A DNA stretch of 64,000 nucleotides from Hypanus sabinus (lineage: Eukaryota): assembly GCF_030144855.1 (NCBI RefSeq), contig NC_082707.1, positions 77,810,001 through 77,874,000 on the forward strand. Direction: 5' to 3'. Below the pieces are notes generated by a model. The model searched no databases. It was given only the letters and a program-made list of their open reading frames with translations, and was not told where the DNA came from. A program made the translations under genes and the position numbers. Below are positions 26,600 to 36,366 of the stretch, piece by piece. The first letter of the stretch is position 1. Each line of letters begins with the position of its first letter.

Positions 26600-27146
26600 T
26601 GAGAATGTGAAGAGGGTAAGGGGTACGTGTAGAAGGGGTGGGCGAGGGGTAAGTGTAGCAAAATATGTAGACAGGATCAGGGAAAGGATACGTCACTGGG
26701 GAAGTGTAGTAGAACTGGGAAGAGGTAGCTAAAATAAGATGCCAGACAGCATGTGGCAACCACAAAGAAGAGGAACCTTGCGACCACAAGACAATGTGTT
26801 CGACAAAGTATTTTGACCTATATACTTATTTCGAGTGTTTTGCTTGCGTCCATACCTATTCCAAGTATTACGCTTGCGTCTATGCTTATTCTGAGTATTT
26901 TGCGTGCTTAGCTATGCAATAGCCAATCAATTGATGAATTTGAATCGGTAACCATATTTGCGAATGTAGTACCCTGCTTTTGGGTATAAGTATGACCTTT
27001 GTAAACCAACAAATTGAGAGTTGGCTACCTTACGCCCGAAGTGCGTGGGGCTGCAAAATCCTCTCTGAATAAAAACCATTTCAGAGCTAATTTCATGTCT
27101 CTGGTGTACTTCCTCAACTGAGCAGGTTAATAATTTCAGGTTGACA
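26600..27146 (+). repeat. ERV 5' LTR (547 bp)
   Basis: Starts TGAGAA and ends TTGACA. CCAAT at ~26923, TATAA at 26985 and AATAAA at 27068; 30-bp tandem repeats in U3. Confidence 0.92.
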
Positions 27147-27149
27147 ATT

Positions 27150-27168
27150 TGGTGAGCCGAGCCAAGAG
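27150..27168 (+). promoter_or_regulatory. Primer-binding site, tRNA-Arg-like
   Basis: TGGTGAGCCGAGCCAAGAG lies 3 nt after the LTR. It resembles the complement of the tRNA-Arg(ACG) 3' end (TGGCGAGCCAGCCAGGAG) with 2 substitutions and 1 insertion. Confidence 0.7.
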
Positions 27169-27338
27169 CCAAATGGTTGGCAGTTCAAGATCCGGTGTAA
27201 GAGATTGGCGGGCAGGTACAAGCGGGTTGAGACGGAAGGGCCCTCCGAGAGATTTTTCTCGGTCTCTCTCTCCCTCCCGGACTCCCCATTCCGACCCCTT
27301 CGGCTCCGGCTGACCATCCTACAGCCTACACGGACCAA

Positions 27339-27653
27339 ATGGAGAACCTCAGTTGGGAGACACGGATAACGGCCAAGAATTGCGTAGAAGTTGGGGTTAG
27401 AGGCCCCTGGTTTAAGAGTTTGGGGTTCAAGTCCCCTGGTATAGGAAGTGGGGTTCGAGTCCCTGCGTGGGGTTTGGGGTTGGAAGCTCCGGAGCAATAC
27501 ATATTTAATTTGATTAAGGTCTGGTTCCACCATCTAACTGAAACCGCATCCTGCCTTAGACTGGTTGTTAAGAGCAGAAATCTGCCACACGAAGGTCAGG
27601 AAACTGAAGTGGATGTGAGAGTAAGTTACCAAAATGGGCCAGACTCTGGATAA
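27339..27653 (+). CDS. Candidate pre-gag accessory ORF (104 aa, unknown product)
   Basis: ATG-initiated open frame in the ERV leader. It overlaps the gag start by 20 nt in another frame. No homology recognised. Confidence 0.35.
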   Translation: MENLSWETRITAKNCVEVGVRGPWFKSLGFKSPGIGSGVRVPAWGLGLEAPEQYIFNLIKVWFHHLTETASCLRLVVKSRNLPHEGQETEVDVRVSYQNGPDSG

Positions 27654-28770
27654 ATCAGGACCAAATACGCCATTATGGAAAATGTGTAAAGAATTCCCGG
27701 AAAACGAGACATATTTATGGAGACTGAGCGCGCGGATGAATAAGAAGTTGGGGAATGAATTTTGGCCATTAGGTGGAACCTGGGATCTTGAGAAGTGTAA
27801 GCGAGCAGAGGGACTGGTGTGGCGACACAATGTCTCACAGAAATGGAAAGTTCTAATTACGCGTTGGTATACCGTGGCCAGCAGACTTAATGAGCGCTCC
27901 CGCCAGACCTCCTGGGAGGTGAATGCAAAAAATAGACCCATTAATGATAGTGACAGAAAACCCAGGGGCTGGCCGGTATTGAAGGCCTTATGTGAAATCT
28001 GTGATGAACAGCGTAGGATTGATGATCATAATGTAAAACTTGCTGATAAAAGGCCGGCACCGGGTATGACTGGGCTGCAGACCCTATTTGACCCTAATGA
28101 GGACACTGAGGAGGAGGGGCAGCAGGTCCCTTCACTTGCGGGGGCTGCGAATCCCATCCCGCCTGTACCTTCAGAACCTTCCGCTCCCCATGCCCTTGAC
28201 CCATGATCGTCCCCCCCCCACCATGCACTCCCAACCCTAAGTCCACGGTTCACTGACCTCATTGCGGCCCGTACCTGAGCTAAAACCAGGAAAGGGGACA
28301 CACAAGGTACTAAACCTGCTACCCCTAAGAACCTCATGGTTCGTAAATGGACAACAAGACGGCACCTCTATGTGGGTGACAGCCCTTTGATAGACCCCCA
28401 AGGGGACGAGCTTGACCCTGACTCAGACTCTACCACCTACCACCTCCAATGATGATACCTACCCCGAGGATAATCCTGACGCAGCCCTTGCTCGAAAGTA
28501 CCCTGATTGGCCCTACTCCACCAAAGATCCAGGTAGATCCAAGTCCCCCCACCCCCCCCCCCAACCCGACAGATGCCAATGTGAGAGGTTCCTAACTCTC
28601 GTCACGATCCAGCCCAGGCTGAGGATGCTGTGCAAAATCCCTTAACAGTTTCTGTGTATACCCCCGAAGCCCAATGAAGTGCTGGTAGTGATGCAAGGCG
28701 CCCCGGACCCTGGAGCAATTTATTGAATATTTGCTGAGTACTATTAAGATCTACAGGGCAACCCCAAGGG
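27634..28770 (+). pseudogene. gag: ERV gag remnant (MA, proline-rich region, start of CA)
   Basis: AAAATGG start, MGQ myristoylation-type N-terminus, WPLGGTWD matrix-like motif and PSAP late-domain motif. Stops and frameshifts after 28206. Most of CA and NC is deleted. Confidence 0.85.
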
Positions 28771-30724
28771 ATCTTTTTTGTTTCCCTGCATCAACCAGTG
28801 ACGGTCTACTCTTCCAATGTGGTAACTGTCCTTCTAACCATGCACCAACTCAACATCTCACTCAGGCGAGACTCAGCCGCCATGAGATTGCTCTTATCCA
28901 TAATCCGTTGCTGATGTTCGTCTATTGCACCACACTTAGCCCTGCTACATTTGTGGATCACCCGCCCCACCTTCTATCCGACCCTCTCCACTCCTGCGTA
29001 GAGCGAAACCACTTCCTCATTTCCCCACGGCCAGACCTCCAGGACATTGAGTTTGACAATCCGGACCTGATACTTGTGGACGGCTCGTCCTCTGTCTCCC
29101 TGGATGGTGTCCGGCAATCAGGTTATGCCATTGTGACCCCACACACCACCTTGGAGGCGGCAGCCTTCCACCCACCAGCCTCGGCCCAACAGGCTGAGCT
29201 TTTCGCCCTCACTCGCACATGCATCCTCGCCTCGGGTCAGACAGCAAATATTTACACGGATTCATGCTATGCATTTGGGGTCGCTCACAATTTTGGCACA
29301 CTATGGGCGCAGCGGGGCTTCCAAACGTTGGCTGGCAAAAGCACTGCCAATGGCCCCTACATTGACAATTTGCTCAAAGCCATACAGCTCCCCGGTAAGC
29401 TTGCTATTGTAAAATGTGCCGCCCACTTATCCGATGACTCTCCCGTTAGTAAAGGCAATGCCAGGGCAGACCTGGCAGCCAAGCGAGTCTCCTCCTCTAA
29501 AGCAATAACTGTGGATTCGGCCCCACGCCTTCTGCCTGCCAGGCAGCCGGTTGATAGCCCAGGCATATCCGACATCGCGCGATTACAGGGGGATGCCCCT
29601 GCAGCGGAGATTGATGTTTGGAAGAAACATGGTTGTATTATTAATAACGCAACGGGCCTCTGGCAGAGCCCAGCAGGTCATATTTGTATTCCTGATACTC
29701 TCCTGCCTGTCCTGGTCGACCGCCTCCACTCTGACACCCACCTCGACAAGGAGGGAATGTGTATGTTGTTGTCAAAAACATGGTGGTCCCCCAGTTTGAA
29801 TGAGGCAACGGAGAGACAGGCAAGAGCTTGCTTAATTTGCCATAAAGTAAACCCAGGTAAATCTATTAGATGTGATAAAGGGTGCACCCCAACACCAGCA
29901 GGACCGTTTGACACATTACAAATGGACTTTATTGAGTTACCTAAGGTGAATTGTTACAAGTACTGTTTAGTTATAATTGATGTCTTCAATAAATGGATTG
30001 AAGCCTTCCCTACAACGAACAACAAGGCTTCCACGGTAGTGCAAATACTGCTGAAAGAAGTTATTCCTCGTTTTGGTATCCCACAAAGACTCTCATCTGA
30101 TAACGGTCCGCACTTCATTGGGAAAGTAAACAAAGAACTCTGCGAAATACTAAAGATTGAACAACAATTCCACTGTGCCTATCACCCCCGAGCCGCAGGA
30201 ATCGTGGAACGTGCAAACCCTGAAGGATAAACTAACTAAATTGACCCTTGAAAGGACTAAATTGGCTTAAAGTCCTTCGCCTGGCATTGTATCATATGTG
30301 CATTACACCTCAAACCGGTACCAGGCTAACTGCTGGTGAAATAGTTTACAGGCGCCCAAATAAAACTCCATGGGGCAGTGACCAGAACTCCCCACCAATA
30401 CAAGTAGATCTACAAATGATGGGCGAGGAATTGCAGTGTTACCTCAAGCACTTAACTTTGTCTCTCAAGTTTCTACATACTCGGGTGAAGGAAGCCTCAA
30501 GACCTGTTCCTGACAGAGAAGGCGAGTGGCAGGGAGCAGAACCAGGAGATTGGGTGTTAATAAGGAACTGGGATCGACCCAAGCTGGGACCCCAGTGGAA
30601 AGGACCGTACCAGGTCCTCCTGCAGAACCCCTCTGCTATCAAGATGAAGGGACAAGAACGTTGGATTCAACTGAGCGACTGCAAGCATTGGACCTCGGAC
30701 CCGCTAGAAGCTACAGATAAATGA
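28771..30724 (+). pseudogene. pol: ERV pol remnant: tether, RNase H, integrase (PR and RT absent)
   Basis: RNase H: VDGSS, SAQQAEL, IYTDS, KCAAH, GNARAD. Integrase: HSDTH..CLIC, QMDF, SDNGPHF, GIVERAN and C-terminal WKGPYQVL. Frameshift at ~30220. Confidence 0.95.
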
Positions 30725-30813
30725 AGAGACTGATAAATGGACTTGATTGAACTGTTGTGTGTTTAAACTCCTTTTTCCTTGTGGTGCCACATCCTTGAAA
30801 TTGTACTCTGGTA

Positions 30814-31700
30814 ATGGAAGGTAGGATGCTCTTGGTTATCTATATTCTCTTAGGGATAGTGGGGTATAGGACAGAGGTTGAGGGACGGCTGGTTGAGGAA
30901 CCAAAACCCGTAAAGAGATCGAAGGGGGACATTTCAAGGCAGAAAAGGGATTGGGGTTTCCCCAAAGGCCCCACCCTTGGAAGATACTCCTCGGGGTTTA
31001 TAAGTGGTAACTAATTCCAAAACGTGCACAAGTGACTGTATGGCACTACAACCATCGTTTGCTATTCTCACCCCGCCAGTGTCTCCTCGCTCTTTACCAT
31101 TTTCCCACACTGAGATCGTGCCGATTAGCACTTCCGATGTGCCCCCGCCAGCAAAACATTGCCTGAGGGAAAGAGGGTGGAACTCACCTATGACTCTTCC
31201 ACGGCCCCTGTCGCGAACTGCCTATTTCCCCCGTCCATCAGTAAGCGGTCAATTCACGGACTCCTTCCGTGGATGAGAAAAGATCTCTGGTGGGAGGGGA
31301 ATCCCAAACCCCCGAAGGGTGACTGAGTATATGAGAACTGTTACTTCGGAACAGGGTGGGGATGTTCAGACGTGTATGTCTCGAATGACGTCACCTGCCT
31401 CTCCAAGCCCTGTAGGAAAAGGGAGTGTCACCCCACCAAGGACCCCTTAGGGATCTCTTGCTCTTGCCATGAGACACAGTGCCAGCCCCTGACCCAGGGG
31501 GTGCAACTCCTTTGTGGGGAAGGGAACCGCAGCCACCTCCTGGTCAATGATCATGTATTCCCACTACCTGACTATTGCAGGGGTACCAAACGAGCGTACC
31601 CCTCTGCTGGTGTGGGAGAGTGGAGCGACGACAAAAACCTAAAGGGTAAAGGTTGCACTGAGACCATGTATACCCTCCCGGGGTATTTTTTCCTCCGTAA
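30814..31700 (+). pseudogene. env: ERV env remnant (signal peptide and SU; TM deleted)
   Basis: Signal-like MLLVIYILLGIVG and a Cys-rich SU-like sequence. ORFs 30814 and 31372 share one frame, interrupted by 5 in-frame stops. Fused directly to the truncated 3' LTR. Confidence 0.7.
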
Positions 31701-31711
31701 TACCTCCCGGG

Positions 31712-31993
31712 GTATTACGCTTGTGTCTATGCTTATTCCGAGTATTTTGCATGCTTAGTTATGCAATAGCCAATCAATTGATGCATTTGAATTGGTAACG
31801 ATATTTGCGAATGTAGTACCCTGCTTTTGGGTATAAGTATGACCTTTGTAAACCGACAAATTGGGAGTTGGCTACCTTACGCCCGAAGTACGTGGGGGTG
31901 CAAACTCCCCTCTGAATAAAAACCGTTTCGTAAGTAATTTCGTGTCTCTGGTGTTTTTCCTCAACTGAGCAGGTTAATAATTTCAGGTTGACA
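31712..31993 (+). repeat. ERV 3' LTR, 5'-truncated (282 bp)
   Basis: Aligns without gaps to 26865-27146 with about 21 mismatches (~93% identity, counted by hand). Confidence 0.95.
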
Positions 31994-32178
31994 ATTAAGC
32001 TTGGAGACATTTGGGAATGATTAAGTAAATGGAGGGGTTCATACGCATAATAACATTACAATATTGATTAAAGAAGATAATATGATTATTACTAAAACAG
32101 AGAAGGTTGCATTACTGGCTAGGTCATTTGCCGCAATTCATAATCAAGATAATTTAAGGGAAGAGGTTAAACAAGGTA

Positions 32179-32926
32179 CCATAGTACCAAAGAACATTAC
32201 AGCACAGAAACAGGCCTTTTGGCCCTTCTTGGCTGTTCTGAACCATTTTTCTGCCTACTCTCACTGACCTGCACCTGGGCCATATCCCTCCAAACCCATC
32301 TCATCCATATACCTGTCCAAGTTTTTCTTAAATGCCAAAAGTGAGCCCGCATTTACCACTTCACCTGGCAGCTCATTCCACATTCCCACCACTCTCTGTG
32401 TGAAGAAGCCCCTCCCCTAATGTTCCCTTTAAACTTTTCCCCCTTCACCCTTAACCCATGACCTCTGTTTTTTTTTCTCCCCTAGTCTCAATGGAAAAAG
32501 CTTGCTTGCATTCACTCTATCTATACCCATTATAATTTTATACAGCTCTGTCAAATCACCCTTCATTCTCCTACGCTCCGGGGAATAAAGTCCTAACCTA
32601 TTCAACCTTTCTCTGTAACTCAGTTTCTCAAGTCCTGGCAACATTCTTGTAAACCTTCTCTGCACTCTTTCAACCTTATTAATATCCTTCCTGTAATTAG
32701 GTGACCAAAACTGCACACAATACTCCAAATTTGGTCTCACCAATGTCTTATACAACATCACCATTACAGTCCAACTCTTACACTCAATACTTTGATTTCT
32801 AAAGGCCAATGTACCAAAAGCTCTCTTTACGACCCTATCTACTTGTGACGCCACTTTTAGGGAATTATGTATCTGTACTCCCAGTTCCCTCTGTTCTACT
32901 GCAGTCCTCAGTGTCCTACCATTTAC
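32179..32926 (-). mobile_element. CR1 LINE 3' end inserted into the Nimb-type LINE
   Basis: ORF 32429-32854 (LYKTLVRPNLEYCVQFWSP) and a CR1 tail. AGGTA flanks at 32174-32178 and 32944-32948. Confidence 0.9.
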
Positions 32927-33431
32927 CTAGGCATGTGGATGGTAGGTAAAAGGTTTTAAGTGAATACCCTGAAGTGTTGGAAGCCAGCTGTAGCAAGGAT
33001 AGTATTAGTGATGTTGAGTTTTCTTTGTGTAAATCTAAGAAGGCTATTAATGGTGCAGGTCAGACATTCCTAGGAAAGGATGAATATATTTAAACATATA
33101 TGTAAAATTGATAACTCTCTTGAAATATTAATTTTTTAAAAATCATATTTGGAGGTTAGGCCTTCTCGCTTCCTCATGAAAAATGGCAGTAGTAGTGCCT
33201 ATTCTAAAACCTGGGAAACCCCCATTAGCTCCTTCTAGTTATAGACCAGTATCTTTAATGTCCTATTTGTGTAAACTTATGGAACATATGGTAATAGAGC
33301 ATTTGAATGATATTTTCGAAAAGAGAGGTGATATAGCATTTTATCAGAGTGGGTTTTGGGAGGGTAGAATGACATTGGATTCAATTTTACACTTGGAAGA
33401 TGAAATTAGGAAAGCACAGGTGTACAAAGTA

Positions 33432-33646
33432 CAGGTGTCCCTCGCTTTACAAGTGTTCGCTTTATGCCACTTCGCTTTTACAAAAGACCTACAATAGTAA
33501 CCTGTTTTCGCATTACAAGGAGGATTTTCACATTTTGCGAAAGTTTTTCCCATATAAATTAATGGTTCTTCGCTTCACGCCACTTCGGCTTAACAAAGAT
33601 TTCATAGGAATGCTCTACCTTTGTAAAGGGGGGGGGGGGGCACCTG
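33432..33646. mobile_element. Tigger-like MITE (215 bp) inserted in the LINE RT region
   Basis: TA|CAGGTGTCCCTCGCTTTACAA...TTGTAAAGGGGG..GCACCTG|TA: inverted ends with a TA duplication. Confidence 0.85.
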
Positions 33647-34905
33647 TAATAGCAGCATTTTTTTGAAACTGATTTGAAACTATATGGTCAAACTCTTGAA
33701 GCGTCAGCGATAAGATTTCTAGGCATGTGGATGGTTAATAAGCTGACATTGTAGCACCATACCCGTAAAATAATTGATAAATGTAAAAGAGCATTAAATA
33801 TTCTCAGGTGTTTATGTGAGTATTCTTGGGCACTACATGAAAATCTTTGTTGGCCATTTATATTTGTTTAATTAGATATGTGCTTGATTCTGGCTGTTTG
33901 GCTAATGGATCAGCTTCACCCTCAACTTTCAGATGTTTGGATGCGATTCAAACAAAGGCTTTAAGATTGTGTTATGATGCAGTAACACTGTCCCCCATTT
34001 TGGCTTTACAGGTTGAAATGGGACAATTACCCTTACAGTTGCGGAGGTTGAAGTTGATGTTAACATATTGGATTAATCTGAGCGGGCAAAGAAATGCCCT
34101 GTTAAAGGTGTGTTGGACAACTGTTGGGAACATCACAAGAAGAGTGTTTTTTTTTAGTTTTGGGTGGCTGGGTTCTTACCATGCTAGGAATATGGGTTTG
34201 CTGGATTGTGCAATATGCCCCACTGTAACTTTCTCAGTACCCCACCTTGGTTTTTACCAATTACTTTAGTTGATTTTAGGTTACATGATTTAATGAAGTC
34301 TAAGAATTCTGATATGCCTGAGAGTCTATTGGTTCATCAATACGTTAAGGAAAATTATTATGATATGTTAACCATTTTTACTGATGGATCAAAGGATAAT
34401 TAACTGGGAATGATGGTGTGGAAGTTTTGTGCTTGAATTACAGGTAACAATAAAAAAATCTTATTTATCAGTGAAAACACTATTTATCAGTATATACAGC
34501 AGAATTGGTTGCCTTCATCTCAGGCTTACAGTGGGTGGAGAAAATTGTCCTTGCAAGGTGGTAATTTGTTGAGATTCTTTTTCAGTTTTGTTGAGTCTTA
34601 AAATTGGTCATTCAAGCAGGAGGTCAGATTTACTGTCGGAAGCTCGTCAAACTTTACTTCATAGTCAACATATCAGTTTACATGTCTCTTCTTATGGGTT
34701 CCTGCACATACAGGTGTTGTTTAACTCAAAAAGCTGTTAAAAGTTCAACTGAATAACCACCTTCCACTTAACAAATCAAAATCTAAGGGGTTGATAGGGT
34801 TAAGAATTAGGGGATTATGGCAAGACTTGTGGGATAATGAGCATAAGGGAAGACACTTTTACAGAATACACAAAACCTGGGTTGATGGGAGAAGGGGTTA
34901 AAAAA

Positions 34906-35455
34906 ACGATTTCACTACTTCCAACAAGTCAGGAACTACTGAAGGATTTAAAGGTACTGATAATCAGCTTGAATGTTACAATGAAAATAAAGATCTGGAG
35001 GATACAGTTGTTGAAAACACTGTATGAAAGCTTTTGCCCTTGGAAGGCCAAGTCCATGGTACAAGTAATCATCACTAACTGGGGTCTTCCTTGGTTGCAG
35101 TGGATAACCATGTATTATGTGCTTATCATATCCTTCATTCTTCACAAAGCATTGCTGCTGGATCTCACTGTTGATCTCAACCATCCACTCCACTGGAGCT
35201 GACTTTTCATGCTAGGACACGCATGTCCCTACTTCATCGGGGTATGAGGCTCAGCAGTTATCCTCAACTGGTTTAGTCCGATGTCAAAGCAATCTGCCAG
35301 GGTGTGTTCGCCATTGAATGAAAATAACTACATAGAGCCACAGGTGAGAGCTGAGGGTCTGGTGGAGACAAAAGGTGAGTGAGCTGCTCCAGAATGGACA
35401 TGACAAGCCCCTTCACCAGAGGTACACTCCCTCCATGGACACCCCATACACGGCA
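34906..35455 (-). mobile_element. RTE-like 5' region or RTE-derived retroposon
   Basis: The minus strand begins ...CCTCTGGTGAAGGGGCTTG..., resembling RTE-clade 5' ends. No clear ORF. Confidence 0.35.
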
Positions 35456-36366
35456 ACATACACTGGATGAATTCCTCCGTCAATAACTATTAGGAACTAA
35501 TACATGATTTTATAGTACTGTAGTAGCACTGGTAGTGTTCTAATTTGTTCCAATTTCGTTTAAATGCATAATTTGCTACTCAGTTATACCTTTAACTACA
35601 GGTAATTGGGGCAGCAGCAATTGGGCCAATATGTATTGGTTCCGATGTGCACCAATTAACTGCAATTCCCTCTATTCAGCATTACACATTATTGCTGATT
35701 CCATGGTTGACCATAGGAAGAATAATACTTTCCACTTTTAAAAAGTACACAAGTAACAGTTAATGTCCGGTTGAGTTTCCAACAAATAAAAGTAAAATTA
35801 TCGATTAGGTGCATAATCACTTTATAAAGGAAGCGCTGGCCTATTGTTGGTGAAACCTTCGAATTCAAGAGGCGACTAAGTGTTAAAGAGCAGTAGCACA
35901 CAGAAAATCACTAAAGTACGTTTTACATCATTATAAGGTCATCATAAACATGCCGGTACAATAAATGACGTGTGCAAAGTAAAGCAGTTGCGGAATACTG
36001 GTGAAGGGTGATCCACCTAAAAAGTTAACTTTTTTCCATTCTCTACAAATGCTGACTGGCTGAGAATTTCTAATGCTTTCTATTTTTATGTGCAACTCTT
36101 ACACAATTGTCATAAAGATGCCTTTCAAGCAATGCAAACAGGAATAAATTCTTACACAGGAAAAGCAACTACCACCATACTTAGCAAATACAGCTAACTC
36201 AACATAAGCGATTAACATGATCAATTAATACCATCCAGCTTCTGACATTAGAAAGACTGCCTAGCAGGATATATGCACAAATAAACGGAACGTTTATAAA
36301 GGAAGGTAATATTCAAACATACGTCCCCACGAGGACTTCACGTTACTGCCGATACGTCAAACATAC

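Larger units (their letters stand above)
26600..31993 (+). mobile_element. Endogenous retrovirus, class I (gamma/epsilon-like), internally deleted provirus
   Basis: TG...CA termini, 4-bp TSD ATTA (26596-26599 and 31994-31997), two LTR copies, a PBS, and gag, pol and env remnants in order. Antisense to the host gene PCCB. Confidence 0.95.
24410..34905 (+). mobile_element. I-clade/Nimb-type LINE (ORF1 with CCHC knuckles; ORF2 APE-RT-RNase H), decayed and interrupted
   Basis: ORF1: LRCYKCQRFG...GHVVRVC, C..CGEHTATYRGC. ORF2: ILQWNVR, DVICIQETWL, VVPILKPGKPP..PSSYRPVSL, YQSGF, RFLGMWM, IRYVLDSG. RNase H: IFTDGSKD, SVYTAEL, WVPAHTGV. The frame YWRSLCDSIGRDI|KLGDIWGMIK is rejoined when the ERV is removed. 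Confidence 0.9.
24334..35672. mobile_element. Tigger-like MITE split by ~11 kb of nested insertions (pieces ~24334-24405 and ~35470-35672)
   Basis: Left end TA|CAGTGGATTCTGG..TGGGGCAGC. The right piece repeats AATTGGGGCAGC and ends CCAATTAACTGCAATTCCCTC|TA, a degenerate inverted copy of the left end. Confidence 0.5.

Noticed and set aside
26927-27172. Similar minus-strand ORFs at 26927-27172 and 31774-32010 as a duplicated gene
   Set aside because: They are antisense readings of the two LTR copies.
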